From: Octopus sinensis
Lineage: Eukaryota
Assembly: GCF_006345805.1 (NCBI RefSeq)
Contig: NW_021832015.1
Coordinates: forward strand, 62,001 to 126,000
Direction of reading: 5' to 3'
DNA length: 64,000 nt
Shown here: piece after piece, positions 12,601-24,982 of the stretch
Numbering within the stretch: the first letter of the stretch is position 1
How the letters are laid out: every line of letters starts with the position of its first letter
Program-made: the position numbers and the translations under genes
The notes under the pieces: model-generated
Told to the model about the DNA's origin: nothing
The model's database searches: none
Seen by the model: the letters and a program-made list of their open reading frames with translations, nothing else

Positions 12601-13490
12601 CTAATCCGGTCTCTGTATTCCTGTTTTGACTGGAAAGACGCGTTCAGTTTCCAGTAACCGGGACCCTGCGTATGTGCCTTATCTAAGTCTAGCGTACACG
12701 TCACAAGTTCGTGATCCGTGTAGCTGACTGTGGAATTGTGGACACCCTACGCTATCTCTACTGTCCTACACAGTATTCTATCTAGATACGATTTCGATGA
12801 CCCAGTGCAGTTGCTCCATGTTCACGTTGGCGCATTCAGGTGGTTCAGTCGATATCTGTCAGACAGTGAAAGCGTCTGAGCAGATCCTTGAGGCTTTTGC
12901 ATTCCTGTCTATTCCTGTTGGTTCCCACATAGTCTAGATGCGTGTCCAAGGTAGCATTCCAATCCTCCAGTAAAAGTAAAGGACGAGACGTTCCTAGAAA
13001 TATTTCTAGACGTCGGAAGAAATCCGGCCGACCTGTTAAAGGCGGTGCATAGACTGATATGAGTCGAAATGCACACCCATTGCTGCCATCGACATCCAGG
13101 ACAACCAGTCTACCCACCGGGTCTACGAATATTGTCTTTACTTCGAGATCCAGACTCTTGCGAAAAAGTACCGCCGTGCCACTACCGCCTATTCTCGCAG
13201 ACAGGAAGAAAAATAAATGTTAAACTGTCCACTGAACATGGACTTTAGGGTCTGTGGATTATGGAATCTGGTCTCACTTATGGCTATGATTCCCAAATCA
13301 TGCGACTTTATGTCATTTAAGAGGTACCCTTGTTTCCAAGGGGAAATTTCGCCCACAGAGAGCGAATTTCCTATGAAAATATTCAACAAGCTTGAATGTG
13401 TAAGTTGTTAGACAACTTTTGCACAAAAAATATTTAACAATAAAAACTTTTTAAACCACAAAATAACCAACTTACGTGCAGCCGGTTTAA
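9669..13490 (-). mobile_element. L1-clade (Tx1-type) LINE with near-complete but disrupted ORF2; ORF1 absent
   Basis: APE endonuclease motifs (IAISET, FRLISVYAP, LEDWNATLD, DHELV). RT motifs (KSPGLDDLPYELY, RQGCP, YADYIT). C-terminal CPRCGQNDESVLHELVQC. The 3' UTR has AATAAA and runs directly into (ATCT)n. Confidence 0.92.
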
Positions 13491-13494
13491 CTAC

Positions 13495-13765
13495 AGACCG
13501 TCCATCAGACGGACGGACGGACGGACGGACGGACGGACGGACGGACGGACAGACGGACAGACGGACGGATGGACGGACGGACGGACAGACAGACAGACAG
13601 ACAAATAGACAGACAGATAGATAGATAGATAGATAGACGGAGAGAGACGTGTGTGCACGAATATAATGTGTGTGTGTGTGTTTCTGTGTGTGTACGTATA
13701 TGATATATATATGCGCATATATATTATATATATGTACGTATGTATGTATGTATGTATGTATGTAT
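13495..13765. repeat. (GACG)n/(GACA)n/(GATA)n and (TATG)n microsatellites
   Basis: Direct inspection. Confidence 0.95.
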
Positions 13766-14164
13766 TATGTGGGTACCTATACAGTTATTTATTATTTAGT
13801 GTTCTGATATCAGAATACTACACTTAGTTGTAAGTCAATACCGTTTTATCCTGAAACATTAAAAAAAACCACAAAAGAAACAAAGAAAAAATATACTTCG
13901 CTTTAGGATTACAATGCCAGCTAATATTAATAAATCGATATGATGTTCATATGGTGATTGCATTTAATCAAGGGGAAAATTTTAAACACCTAGTTATATT
14001 CTGTCTTTGACGGCCATTTCCAGTTAGAAGGCAGAGAGGATGCTGCGGATTAATCTTCTTCAAATTATTTGTATGTAAACATCTTATGATATATTTATAT
14101 GCTTTTTTGTTAATTAATGTTACACCATTAGAATAGAAACTACGCAAAGACACACATAATTCAT

Positions 14165-14915
<751 letters not shown>

Positions 14916-15244
14916 ATATATATTATAATGGAATAATTACTATGAAGTATTGTGTCGAGTATATTGATAAAGGAAAAATATTTTTGAAAATGGGGTCATA
15001 ACCCCAAAATTTTGAATACAAGATAAGTCTACATTGTGATTTACCTTGTGTTTACTTTGCATTGTTTTGGTCTTACTCACGATCCTTTATACAATATATA
15101 TATATACACACGCTTATATGTGCATTTATATACAAATATACAAATGTGTGTTTGTGTCTGTGTGTGTGCGCGTGTGTAATCGTTTACATTTACAAATAAA
15201 TAAATATATCGTTGAATGCACTTGATATACTCTTTATGCTTTTA

Positions 15245-15645
15245 CTCTTTTACTTGTTTCAGTCATGTGAATGTGGCCATGCTGGAGCACCGCCTTTAGT
15301 CGAGCAAATCGACCCCAGAACTTATTCTTTGTAAGCCTAGTACTTATTCTATCGGTTTCTTTTGCCGAACCGCTAAGTTATGGGGGCGTAAACACACCAG
15401 CATCTGTTGTCAAACGATGTTGGGGGACAAACACAGACACACAAACATACACACACACACATATATATATACATATATGCGACGGGCTTTTTTCAGTTTC
15501 CGTCTACCAAATCCACTCACAAGGCTTTGGTCGGCCCGAAGCTATAGTAGAAGACACTTGCCCAAGATGCCACGCAGTAGGACTGAACCCGGAAACATGT
15601 GGTTGGCAAGCAAGTTACTTACCACACAGCCACTCCTACGCCTAT
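15245..15645 (-). mobile_element. Octopus-type tRNA-derived SINE (GCAGGAGTGGCTGTGTGG family)
   Basis: Same sequence family as 7665-8055. Confidence 0.9.
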
Positions 15646-15719
15646 ATATGGATATATTTTATCTAATTTGTTGGATAGTTGAAGTTTAAAGCACCTGTTG
15701 TGTCACATTGATTCTTTGT

Positions 15720-16440
15720 ATTATGCGTTGTGTAAGTTGTAAATATGTTATTGGCCGGTGATTATACAGGGAATGTTTTACATGCAGACAATGGAATTGT
15801 TTGAGATGTACGATTAAATTGAAAGCGTCCTGCGTGGGCCGAGTTTACCTGGATTATCATTGGGCCTGAGAACAACGTTGATATGGCTTTTACGATTTTG
15901 CTTATCTATTTTATCATATCTTGTGTTTCAGTTATTAATGATATCGTTTACAAATGCATTCCTTCGTGGACCTTCAATATTGACAGTCTCTAGCCCTCTT
16001 ACCGGGAAATGTTTTGGCAAAAAGAATTTGAAATATCAATCAGTGTACAAGTATTGTTGTTTCGTTCTTTGGCAAATTATATTCGTACAGTTTTCCTTGA
16101 AGTCTTTGTCTATCCTTTTCCTGCTGATTGTAGTCAGGTCGTTATTATGTTTCGTGTTTTATGTTTTATCACTTCCTATCCGTTGCTGTCTCCAAATGCG
16201 ATATATGATTCAATGGACATATACTTCTGTCTGGGAACATTATTTCCCTTGGCAAGGAATGGACCACCGGAAAAGATGTGGTCAACTCTCTCGTTATATT
16301 TTTGGTTGTACAGTTTGGGTTCCGCATACAGAAGGAAAGCCTACAAGACTTTCCATCGTCTTCTTTGAAATCAATGCCTAATCAGCCAAAATTTTCACGC
16401 CAAAATTATATTCTATGATTTTCTAAGTACGGATTCGGCT
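15720..16440 (-). mobile_element. Highly degraded Penelope-like element remnant
   Basis: Minus-strand peptides MRNPNCTTKNITRELTTSFPVVHSLPREIM and FQILFAKTFPGKRARDCQY loosely resemble the PLE thumb/linker region. Many stops. Confidence 0.4.
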
Positions 16441-17067
16441 ATATTTCTCTACCGTGTGTTTGATAAGACTAAAACATCTCTGGAATTAGCCCCAAATCTA
16501 CGAAAAATTAGATTCGTTCCCCACCTCAATATCATTTTCAATCAATTTCAATTTCCGAATTCTCTCCCTTGAACCTCTTCACAACGTTCATCATTTAATC
16601 AGATAATTTTCCCTCTCTACATTACATGCGTAATTTCAAATAATTAAAAATTCTTTTTGCTTCACTACATTCACGTTTAATCCCGCTCTTAATATACGTA
16701 GAAGTGTCTAGAATTTTCTCTTCCAAGAAATACTGATGCTTCTTATCTCGTTTGAAACAAATAACATTTCTTTTTCTTCATCTTCTCCTCTTTCTTTTTC
16801 TGTTCCTCTCTCTTTATCTCACCCTCACTCCTCCTCTCCCTCTCTCTTCTCGTCTCTATCTTTCTATCCCTCTCATATTTATCGCTCTCCCTCATTATTT
16901 CAATGGATAATTTTATGGTGATGTAGTGGTGGTCATGGTCGTATTTGTTATCGAATTATGCTTGTAGCACTTCTCTTTCCTATTCATGTCATCTTAATTC
17001 TTTGTAAATGAATGTTAAACGTGAATATGAAATATGAAATATTTTACAAAATAAATTTTCGTTGCAG

Positions 17068-17103
17068 TTCTCTTCTATATCTCATTGAAATTTGGAAATG
17101 GAC
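17068..17103 (+). CDS. Candidate 36-nt micro-exon (phase 2-2) of the PAN gene
   Basis: Acceptor TTTTCGTTGCAG| and donor |GTGAGT. Open in phase 2 (SLLYLIEIWKW). Confidence 0.45.
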
Positions 17104-17180
17104 GTGAGTAGATTTATATCAATATATAGACCTATATGTACGAAAATTATGAAAATCACTACACTAACTTATCAATTCAG

Positions 17181-17206
17181 TGCAGGAAAATATTTTCTTT
17201 CTCAAA
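17181..17206 (+). CDS. Candidate 26-nt micro-exon (phase 2-1) of the PAN gene
   Basis: Acceptor TTCAG| and donor |GTAAAT. Encodes AGKYFLSQ and converts phase 2 to the phase 1 required by exon 17662. Confidence 0.5.
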
Positions 17207-17661
17207 GTAAATTAGTTGGAAAGGAAATTTTAAATTCTGAGTTCAATACAAAACAGCCCCATGATGGCGAATTCACTTCTTAACATAATTTTCATTCGTT
17301 ATAATTCAGTCTTTCGTCAGTTTGTAAGCATTTTGTTAAATATAACAAAGTGCTGACATTGGGGGCAAACTTTACAACACACAACAGTTAAACATTATAG
17401 AACATAGCATATGAGTCATTTAAATATGAGAATTAATTAATTAAAAACTCATTTGCAGTCATTTTGATTAAACAATAATATATTCCAAAATGCTTTGTAC
17501 CTACACTATGGTAGTAACAACTTTATCACTTCTTCCTGGTAAAAATATCAATATTGATCCTCAAACATTTAATATTCTATTTCTTTATTATTATCTATTT
17601 TCATAATATTTTACTTTCGTCTTCCTAATTTGGTTGTTTAATTTGTCTGGCTTTGTTACAG

Positions 17662-17919
17662 TTGAATATCTAAAGTATTTTTTCAAAATAGAAAACTGTA
17701 GTTTGAAGGGATGTAAAGCATTCATGACACTTGACGTGGATGCCTTCAACTGTTCGAAGAAGTGTTTTGAAACTTCTGCATGTAAATCCTTCGTGACCAG
17801 CAAGAAAAGTCCAAGTTGTGCTTTATACCGACGAGACTCAAAAGACAAGACACTAATGAAAGTCAGTGAGACTAATTTATATCAGTTGAGAAGATCTGTG
17901 CCGACCAAGTATAGAGACG
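17662..17919 (+). CDS. PAN/apple domain exon 1 (phase 1-1)
   Basis: Acceptor GTTACAG| and donor G|GTAAAC; 258 nt. ...NCSKKCFETSACKSFVTSKKSPSCALY... fits the PAN C-x3-C-x5-C-x-S/A-F-x7-C-x-L pattern. Confidence 0.85.
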
Positions 17920-19339
17920 GTAAACAAATTTGAATCTTTTTGTGTTTATTTCATTCCTTGACTTGTATTCTGTGTTTTAGTCCAAAGAGAGACAATACTG
18001 TCGGCATTTGAAAAGTCTCTACGATTTCCGTGATCAATGTAAAATGGTGTCTGTAGAAAAAATGTTTATAGAATTTTCATTCCAGAGATCTAATAAAAGT
18101 TTGACTGATGTTTTTGGCACAGAATTGAGACACGGATTGAGACACAAGATCATCGAAGACAGAAGAGATACGCAGCGTTTTGTATTTCTATGAAAAATGT
18201 TGTAGGTGTGTTAAGATTTAGTGAAAGAAAACGTTTTGTCATGTGACTGTCAGAGATAATTTTGCTGCAAAATAATCATATTTTTTAGTGTATATATTGA
18301 AATTTAATGGAATCTCTTTCTGAAATAATCCTGCACAACGCCTTGCTTATTGAATCACATGACATTGGCGGGAGATTAGTAAAAGAACGACCGAAGTGTG
18401 TACGATATTCGAAAGACATATACATATAAGTTGTTTTTCTTTTGTATGGTAATTGCATGTATAAAGTTATTGAAAATCAACTGAAACAGATAATTACCTC
18501 AGCTTGGTTATTCTGTTGGGTGCGTGTGTAATGTTAGCTTGAATAATATAGAATGATGATGATAAGCAGAGAAAGAGTGCCGGGCAATTAAAATTCTCAA
18601 CCCTTAATTTTGGCAGTAAAGATATCTATATTGGTGTACACATGTTATAAGAATGTATGATAAGTGCCGAAGGAGAATATGACAAGATGTGGCCGTGAGA
18701 AGTATTTTTATTAGGGACAGCTGAGGAAAACAGAAAGAATTCGCTCAGTGCTCAGAATTCTAGTGGACGATTTTACAAAGAATAGCTATTCTCCAAAAAG
18801 AATTCCCTACCAAAAAAAAAAAAAAAAAAAAACAGAATAATAAAATTCAGGCGCACCGTTAAATTCTTTCCAAATAAATAACAAAATTTCATTTGGGTTT
18901 AATTGAACAATTCAGTTATCAGAGGAGGAAAAAACGTAGAAAAGAAACAATATTTAATGAAAACAGTTTCGAAAATGTTGTCTTCTTGGTTGAATCAACA
19001 CGTTCCTTCCTTCTACCTGGTCATAATAAATATAGGAGAAAATTAAACAAAACTCTGAGAAGGTTGCCGATAAATAAGAAAAATAAAATTGGTGGTAGTA
19101 ATATAATGATGGAGTGGGAATCTTGCACAACGCAAAATGTTAGATTAGTCACTTGCGACACTGCATGGGCCACTGACCTGGGGTTAAACAACAACAGCCA
19201 ACAGCATTCATTAGGTTATATATGTAACACGATAAACGTATATTAAGCTAGTATATGTTTGATTTCAATTGAACAATCGTTAATCCTGTGTCTGAGGCTC
19301 ACTTCGAAACAAAACAAAAAATGTAGTTCTTACATAGGT

Positions 19340-19480
19340 GAAGTGTCACTTAATTATAGAGGATAGCAAACGAGTGTGTATGCTTACATATATACAATGA
19401 AGTGTCACCTAATTATAGGGGAGGCTAAAAGTGTTTAAGTGGGGTGAAGTGATGAAGTGTCTTCTAATTACAGAGGACGG
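19340..19480. repeat. Three degenerate direct repeats GAAGTGTCACYTAATTATAG(A/G)GG
   Basis: Copies near 19340, 19399 and 19454. Confidence 0.5.
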
Positions 19481-19989
19481 TAAACGAAGTCATGAGATGG
19501 TTATCTCTCTTTCCACTAATATTGGTGAATTAAATGAAGTGAAATATTTACCAACAAAACAAGACACGGTTAGAAAGAACAGTTAACCGCACTAACGATG
19601 CAGTCAACAAAAACAAAACAATTCATTTACTCTGACTTCGTCCTCCAAGTAACAGCAGCACTACTGATGATGATGAGGATGGTGGTGGATGTGGTGGTGG
19701 TGGGGTGGTGGGGGGGGGGCGGCGGCGGCGGTGGTGGTGATGGTGATGATTTCCAATTTTGACATAAGGGGGTCAGCAGTTTTAGTGGGGCGGAGCCTGG
19801 GCTAGTCGATTGCATTGATTCCAAAAGGATGGAAAGGATGAAAGGTCACCTCGGTTGGATTTTAACTCAGTACACAAAGACTCGGAACATGTGCTGCAAA
19901 GAACTTTTTTCCGATGCTCTAACGATTCTGCTAGCTCTCCCCTTTGATGATGATGACGACAACGACGACGATGATGATCTTTCTACAAT

Positions 19990-20590
19990 AGGCACAAGGT
20001 CAACAATCACGAGAGAAGAGATAAGTCGATTATATCGACCCCAGTATTCAACTGCTACTTATTTTATCGCAAATTCGATCCCGGTGGCATTTGAATACAG
20101 AACTTAGAGACGGATGAGCTGCTGTTACTACTATAGGTATAAGGCCTGAAATTTCAGAAAAGTGGGTAATTCGATTACATCGAACCCAGTACGCAACTGG
20201 TACTTATTTCCTGAAACCCGAAAGAATGGACGGCATAGTTGACCTCAGCGGAATTTGAACTCAGAACGTAAAGACGGACGAAATGCTGCTAAGCATTTTG
20301 CCTGTCGTGTTAATGACTCTGCCAGTGATGATCATGATGATGATAATAATGATGACGACGACGACAATAATAAAAATAATAATGATTTCAAACTCTGCCA
20401 CAAGGGCAGCAGTTTTGGGGGAGAGGATAATTTGATTACATCGACCCCAGTACTCAACTGATACTTATTTTGACGACCCACAAAGGACGAAAGGCAAAGT
20501 CGACCTCGGCGGAATTTGAACTCACAACGTAAAGACGGGTGAAATTCCGCTAAGCATTTCACCCGGTGTGCTAACGATTCTGCCGCCTTA
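19990..20590 (-). mobile_element. Cluster of tRNA-derived SINE copies (GGCGGCGAGCTGGCAGAA family)
   Basis: Several repeats of GTCGACCTCGGCGGAATTTGAACTC interleaved with (GAT)n/(AAT)n. Confidence 0.85.
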
Positions 20591-20655
20591 ATAATAATAA
20601 TAATAATTATTATTATTATTATTATTATATTATTATTATTATTATTATTATTATT

Positions 20656-20694
<39 letters not shown>

Positions 20695-20773
20695 TCATCA
20701 TCATCATCATCATTATCATCATCATCATCGTCATCATTATTATTATTATATTATTATTATTATTATTATTATT

Positions 20774-20805
<32 letters not shown>

Positions 20806-20824
20806 TATCATCATCATCATCATT

Positions 20825-20857
<33 letters not shown>

Positions 20858-20861
20858 GTCA

Positions 20862-20925
<64 letters not shown>
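20590..20925. repeat. (ATT)n/(ATC)n trinucleotide microsatellite
   Basis: Direct inspection. Confidence 0.95.
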
Positions 20926-20929
<4 letters not shown>

Positions 20930-21135
20930 CCTTTTGAGCGGGATGGGTTACTCAACCAGAAGAAAATTCTAACTGGGTCCCACCTGCAAGGTCATGCGCT
21001 GTTTACCTTGATATGAGATCACCACGTCACACACGTATGGTTGTGATGCATGTGCCTAGTGTACCCATATCAGACGGGTAGTGATGATGGGTATATTTTA
21101 CCACAGTGTCACTTTGATGGCATGCTCTTTCACTC

Positions 21136-21140
<5 letters not shown>
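20925..21140 (-). mobile_element. Dispersed repeat of unassigned class (inverted partner of 24393-24800)
   Basis: Reverse complement aligns to 24393-24630. Another start of the same family appears at 63978-64000. Confidence 0.7.
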
Positions 21141-21191
<51 letters not shown>

Positions 21192-21344
21192 TGATCATCA
21201 TCATGATGATGATCATGACGGTGATAAAGTAAAGTAAATTAAAGTGACCCCTTTTCAACAAAAATAATGGAGGCATTCGGCAAACAATTTTGGGGGAGAG
21301 GTATGTCGATTACATTGACCCCTGTACTCAACTGGTACTTATTC

Positions 21345-22905
21345 AAAAGCTACCAACAAAAAGTCAACCACTTGTTACTCATGGATGACCTCAAACTTTA
21401 TGGTAAAGATGAAGCCCAAGTCAGTTCCCTCGTTGATACGGTGTATACTTTCAGTGCTGATATGAGAATGGAGTTCGGACTGAAAAAGTGTGGTGTGTTA
21501 GTCTTGAAGAAAAGCAAAATCAAATGTATGGACGGGTTAACGATACCGTCGGGGGAGGTTATGAAGCAGATAGAAGAGACTGGCTATAAGTACTTGAGAA
21601 TTTTGGAAATGGATAAATTGGTAGTGAAAGAAATGACAGAAAAATTTAAGGTGGAGTACTTACGCAGACTGAGACTGATCCTTAAGTAGTAATTAAACGT
21701 ACAGAATAAGATCGAAGCTATCAACACCTGGGCAGTTTCACTCCTTAGATATGGAGCAGGGGTAATCCCATGGACAGTAGACGACCTAAACAGCTTAGAC
21801 AGAAAGGCAAGGAAATTGCTAACTAGATATGGGCCACTCCACCCAGAACGTGTCACAGATAGACTGTATGTACCAAGAAAAACAGGGGGAAGCGGACTTA
21901 TTGGATGTGAACACAGCATTAGAGAAGAATAAAACAACTTAGCATGGTATGTAAAAAATGCCACAGAACCGCTATTATTAGAAGTAGGAAGGTCAGGCTT
22001 TCGTAGAATGAAAGATTGCAAAGATAAAGCACTATACAAGAAATTGAAAACGAATGAAACTGAAAATAGGTGGGTAAAGAAAAGAATGCATGGTCAATTT
22101 CATAGGGATGTTGAAGATCAGACAGAGAAAAAAGATGGCTGTGGGTGACTAAAAGTGATTTAAAACCGGAAACGGAGATTCTAATCTGTGCTGTCCAAGA
22201 GCAAGCACTAAGAAGAAACTACATAAAATACAGCTTAGACAACACAGCAGAAAGTGATAAGTGCAGAATCTGTGGACAAAACGGTGAAACCGTATGACAT
22301 ATTACCAGCCAATGTACGCCGCTAGCCAAGAAGGAATATAAGAGACGCCACGACAATATAGCCAAGCTTGTCCATTGGACACTTAACAACAAGTATGGAC
22401 TTGACAGAGCAAAAAATTGGTACGACCACAAACCTGAAGGCATTGTCGAAATGCAAAGATCCTATGGGATTTTATGATTCAATGCGACAAGGAGATAGAG
22501 AATAGGAAACTAGACATAGTGATAATTGAGAAAGAAAACAAACTGTGCTGGATCATAGATATAGCATGCCCAGCTGACAACAAGGTATGCGATAAGGAAG
22601 AAAGAAAAGTTGAGTGATATGACAGGTTAGCTTGAGAAGTTAAGCAGTTGTGGTCGATGAAAAAGGTAGCAGTAGTACGAATAATTGTCGGAGCCCTGGG
22701 AACTGAGCAATAATGTCGAGAAGTATGTGGAAAAAATAGGGGCTGCAATAAGGGTGGAGTACTTGCAGAAAACAGCACTGCTTGGAACCGCTCGGATACT
22801 CCAGATGGTGCTCGAAAAATAAGAGGTGTTACCTTAGTTCACTGGTAGTGAACAGCTGACACTGTAGTACATCTCCAGCGTTAGAAGCTGTGCAAAGGCA
22901 ATGAT
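21345..22905 (+). mobile_element. R4/Dong-like RLE retrotransposon, 5'-truncated (family B)
   Basis: HLLLMDDLKLY, FGLKKC, CRICGQNGETV.HITSQC and a WDF..Q.D...RxDIV..ID RLE region. Ends in a (TAA)n tail at about 22910-22990. Confidence 0.9.
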
Positions 22906-22906
22906 G

Positions 22907-22987
<81 letters not shown>

Positions 22988-22999
22988 TAATAATTGGAA

Positions 23000-23690
23000 A
23001 ACAAAGGAAGAAATACAACAAGGGCATGAAGCGTTATGAAACAAGGGCCTGCACAATCAATTCCATGTAACCACAACTGAAGTTGCTGGAAAATATTGGT
23101 GGGATTGGCTGAAAAAAGGAACACTGAAAAAAAGAGACCAAGAGCAATTATACTGGCAGCGCAAGTATAATTTTGGTCACGAATTGGAGGGTTAATCTTA
23201 GGAAAGAGCAAGTGTCTCCGCTGTGTCGAATCTGTAATAGAGTGGACGAAACCATTGCTCATATCACGAACGAATGCCTTAGACTTGCCCAAAACCACTA
23301 CGAGTTGTGGTGACACAATGAGGTAGCGATGGTGCTACATTGGAAACTGTGTGAAAAGTTGGGGCCAGAGAAAGGCAAAACGTGCTGTAAGTACAAACCA
23401 GAGAGAGTGGTGGAGTCGATGATTAGCAAAATTCTCTGGGATTTCCCAATCCAAACAGATCAGGTGCTAGAGAATAACAGACCGGACCTCGTGGTGGCCG
23501 ACAGGGTGCAGCATATGTGCTATATAGTTGATGTTGTATGCTCCCTTGACCTACGAATAGTCAATAAGGCAGGCGAAAACCCTCTTAATTACGAAATAGT
23601 TCGGCTATGGAAAATGAAGAAGGTGAAGATAGTTCCAATTATTTTTGGGTCCTTATTCTGTCATAGATTGCCTTTTGTTCATCAGTCATG
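23000..23690 (+). mobile_element. R4/Dong-like retrotransposon 3' fragment (family D: zinc knuckle plus RLE)
   Basis: ILWDFPIQTDQVLENNRPDLVVAD...IVDV, a PD-(D/E)xK-type RLE motif. Confidence 0.8.
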
Positions 23691-24337
23691 TCGCCATTAG
23701 TTTTAGTTTTAGTTTTATTGTCATCTTTTAGATCATCCATGTGTCTCATCAAATAAACTACCACTGCTCCTTTCCTGTGCTGTGGGATTAGTCTTATTAG
23801 CAAGAACTGTATTTTCATTGTTATCTCTGCTGCTATTTTCCATGACCCGTCTTTTGATAGCATCGAGCTCTACTTCTGTGAACCAACAATTTTTCCTTAT
23901 TGCCCTGTTCCGTGAGTTGAAACGATCCCTTTTCCCTCCAATGATCATACATACGTTGTCGGTAACCCCTAATTTGAGCACCATTTTCATCTACCGGGTT
24001 GCTCAGGTAGTAACACGCCATGACCACAGCACTAATTTGCTTGCTCCATCTACGCCGTGCGTGGTGGTCCCTTTCCAGATATCGACAGGTTGGAGCCGGA
24101 GCAGAATCTCCGAGCCTACCGGGTGTAACACAATCACCATCATTGGCTTCAGTTTCATTACCACCGTTATTCACAATATTTTGTTTTTTCATTGTCACTC
24201 ATATGAGGTAGCGATTAGCAGGTTGCGCAGTTACCAGTGTTTTTATTGTGACACCATCACTAGATGTATCATTAATCAGCTCATGAGAAGGAGAAGGAGG
24301 AGGAGGAGGAGGAGGAGGAGGCGCCACACGTTTCCTT

Positions 24338-24340
<3 letters not shown>
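23690..24340 (-). mobile_element. Family B R4-like element, 5' end fragment
   Basis: RRRWSKQISAVVMACYYLSNPVDENG..RGYRQRMYDHW, homologous to 41261-41680. Confidence 0.85.
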
Positions 24341-24392
<52 letters not shown>

Positions 24393-24393
<1 letters not shown>

Positions 24394-24800
24394 GAGTGAG
24401 AGAGCAGTGCATGCCATCAAAGTGACACTGGGGTAAAATATACGAAGCCCAGTATACCCATCATCACTACCCGTCTGATAAGGGTACACTAGGCACATGC
24501 ATCACAACCATATGTGCACGACATGGTGATCTTATATCAAGATAAACAGCACAGGATCTTGTAGGTGGGGCCCAGGTAGAATTTTCTTCTGGTCGAGTAA
24601 CCCATCCCACTCAAAAGGTCCCTGAATAAGGGTTGTTTAAGGATGTTGAAGAAACACCCATGTTTCCAGAAGTGAATTATTCAAACCCCAAAGAATCCCT
24701 CTCAACACATGGCTATGATGCTCCCCCACTACTTCTGCTCGTGATCAGAGATGCACATATCGTCAGCCACTAAGGAACATGCTCAACTGGTTAACGTCAA
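24393..24800 (+). mobile_element. Dispersed repeat of unassigned class following (ATT)n
   Basis: TGAGTGAGAGAGCAGTGCATGCCATCAAAGTGACAC...; also present at 20925-21140 (inverted) and 63978. Confidence 0.7.
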
Positions 24801-24982
24801 ACAACTGACAAGCAAAACTGTGGTATTGAGCAGAATATTTGCTGTAGCCCATCTTTTATACCAAGACAATATACATGATAACACTTCCAATCAGTTAAGA
24901 TCAGAAGCCACGAGAGCCACTGCCTGTTACTGCATATTATTATTATTATTATCATTATCCTTAATATTATTATTATTATTAT

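Noticed and set aside
19340-19480. CRISPR-like repeat-spacer array
   Set aside because: Only three degenerate repeats, in a eukaryotic context with no cas genes.
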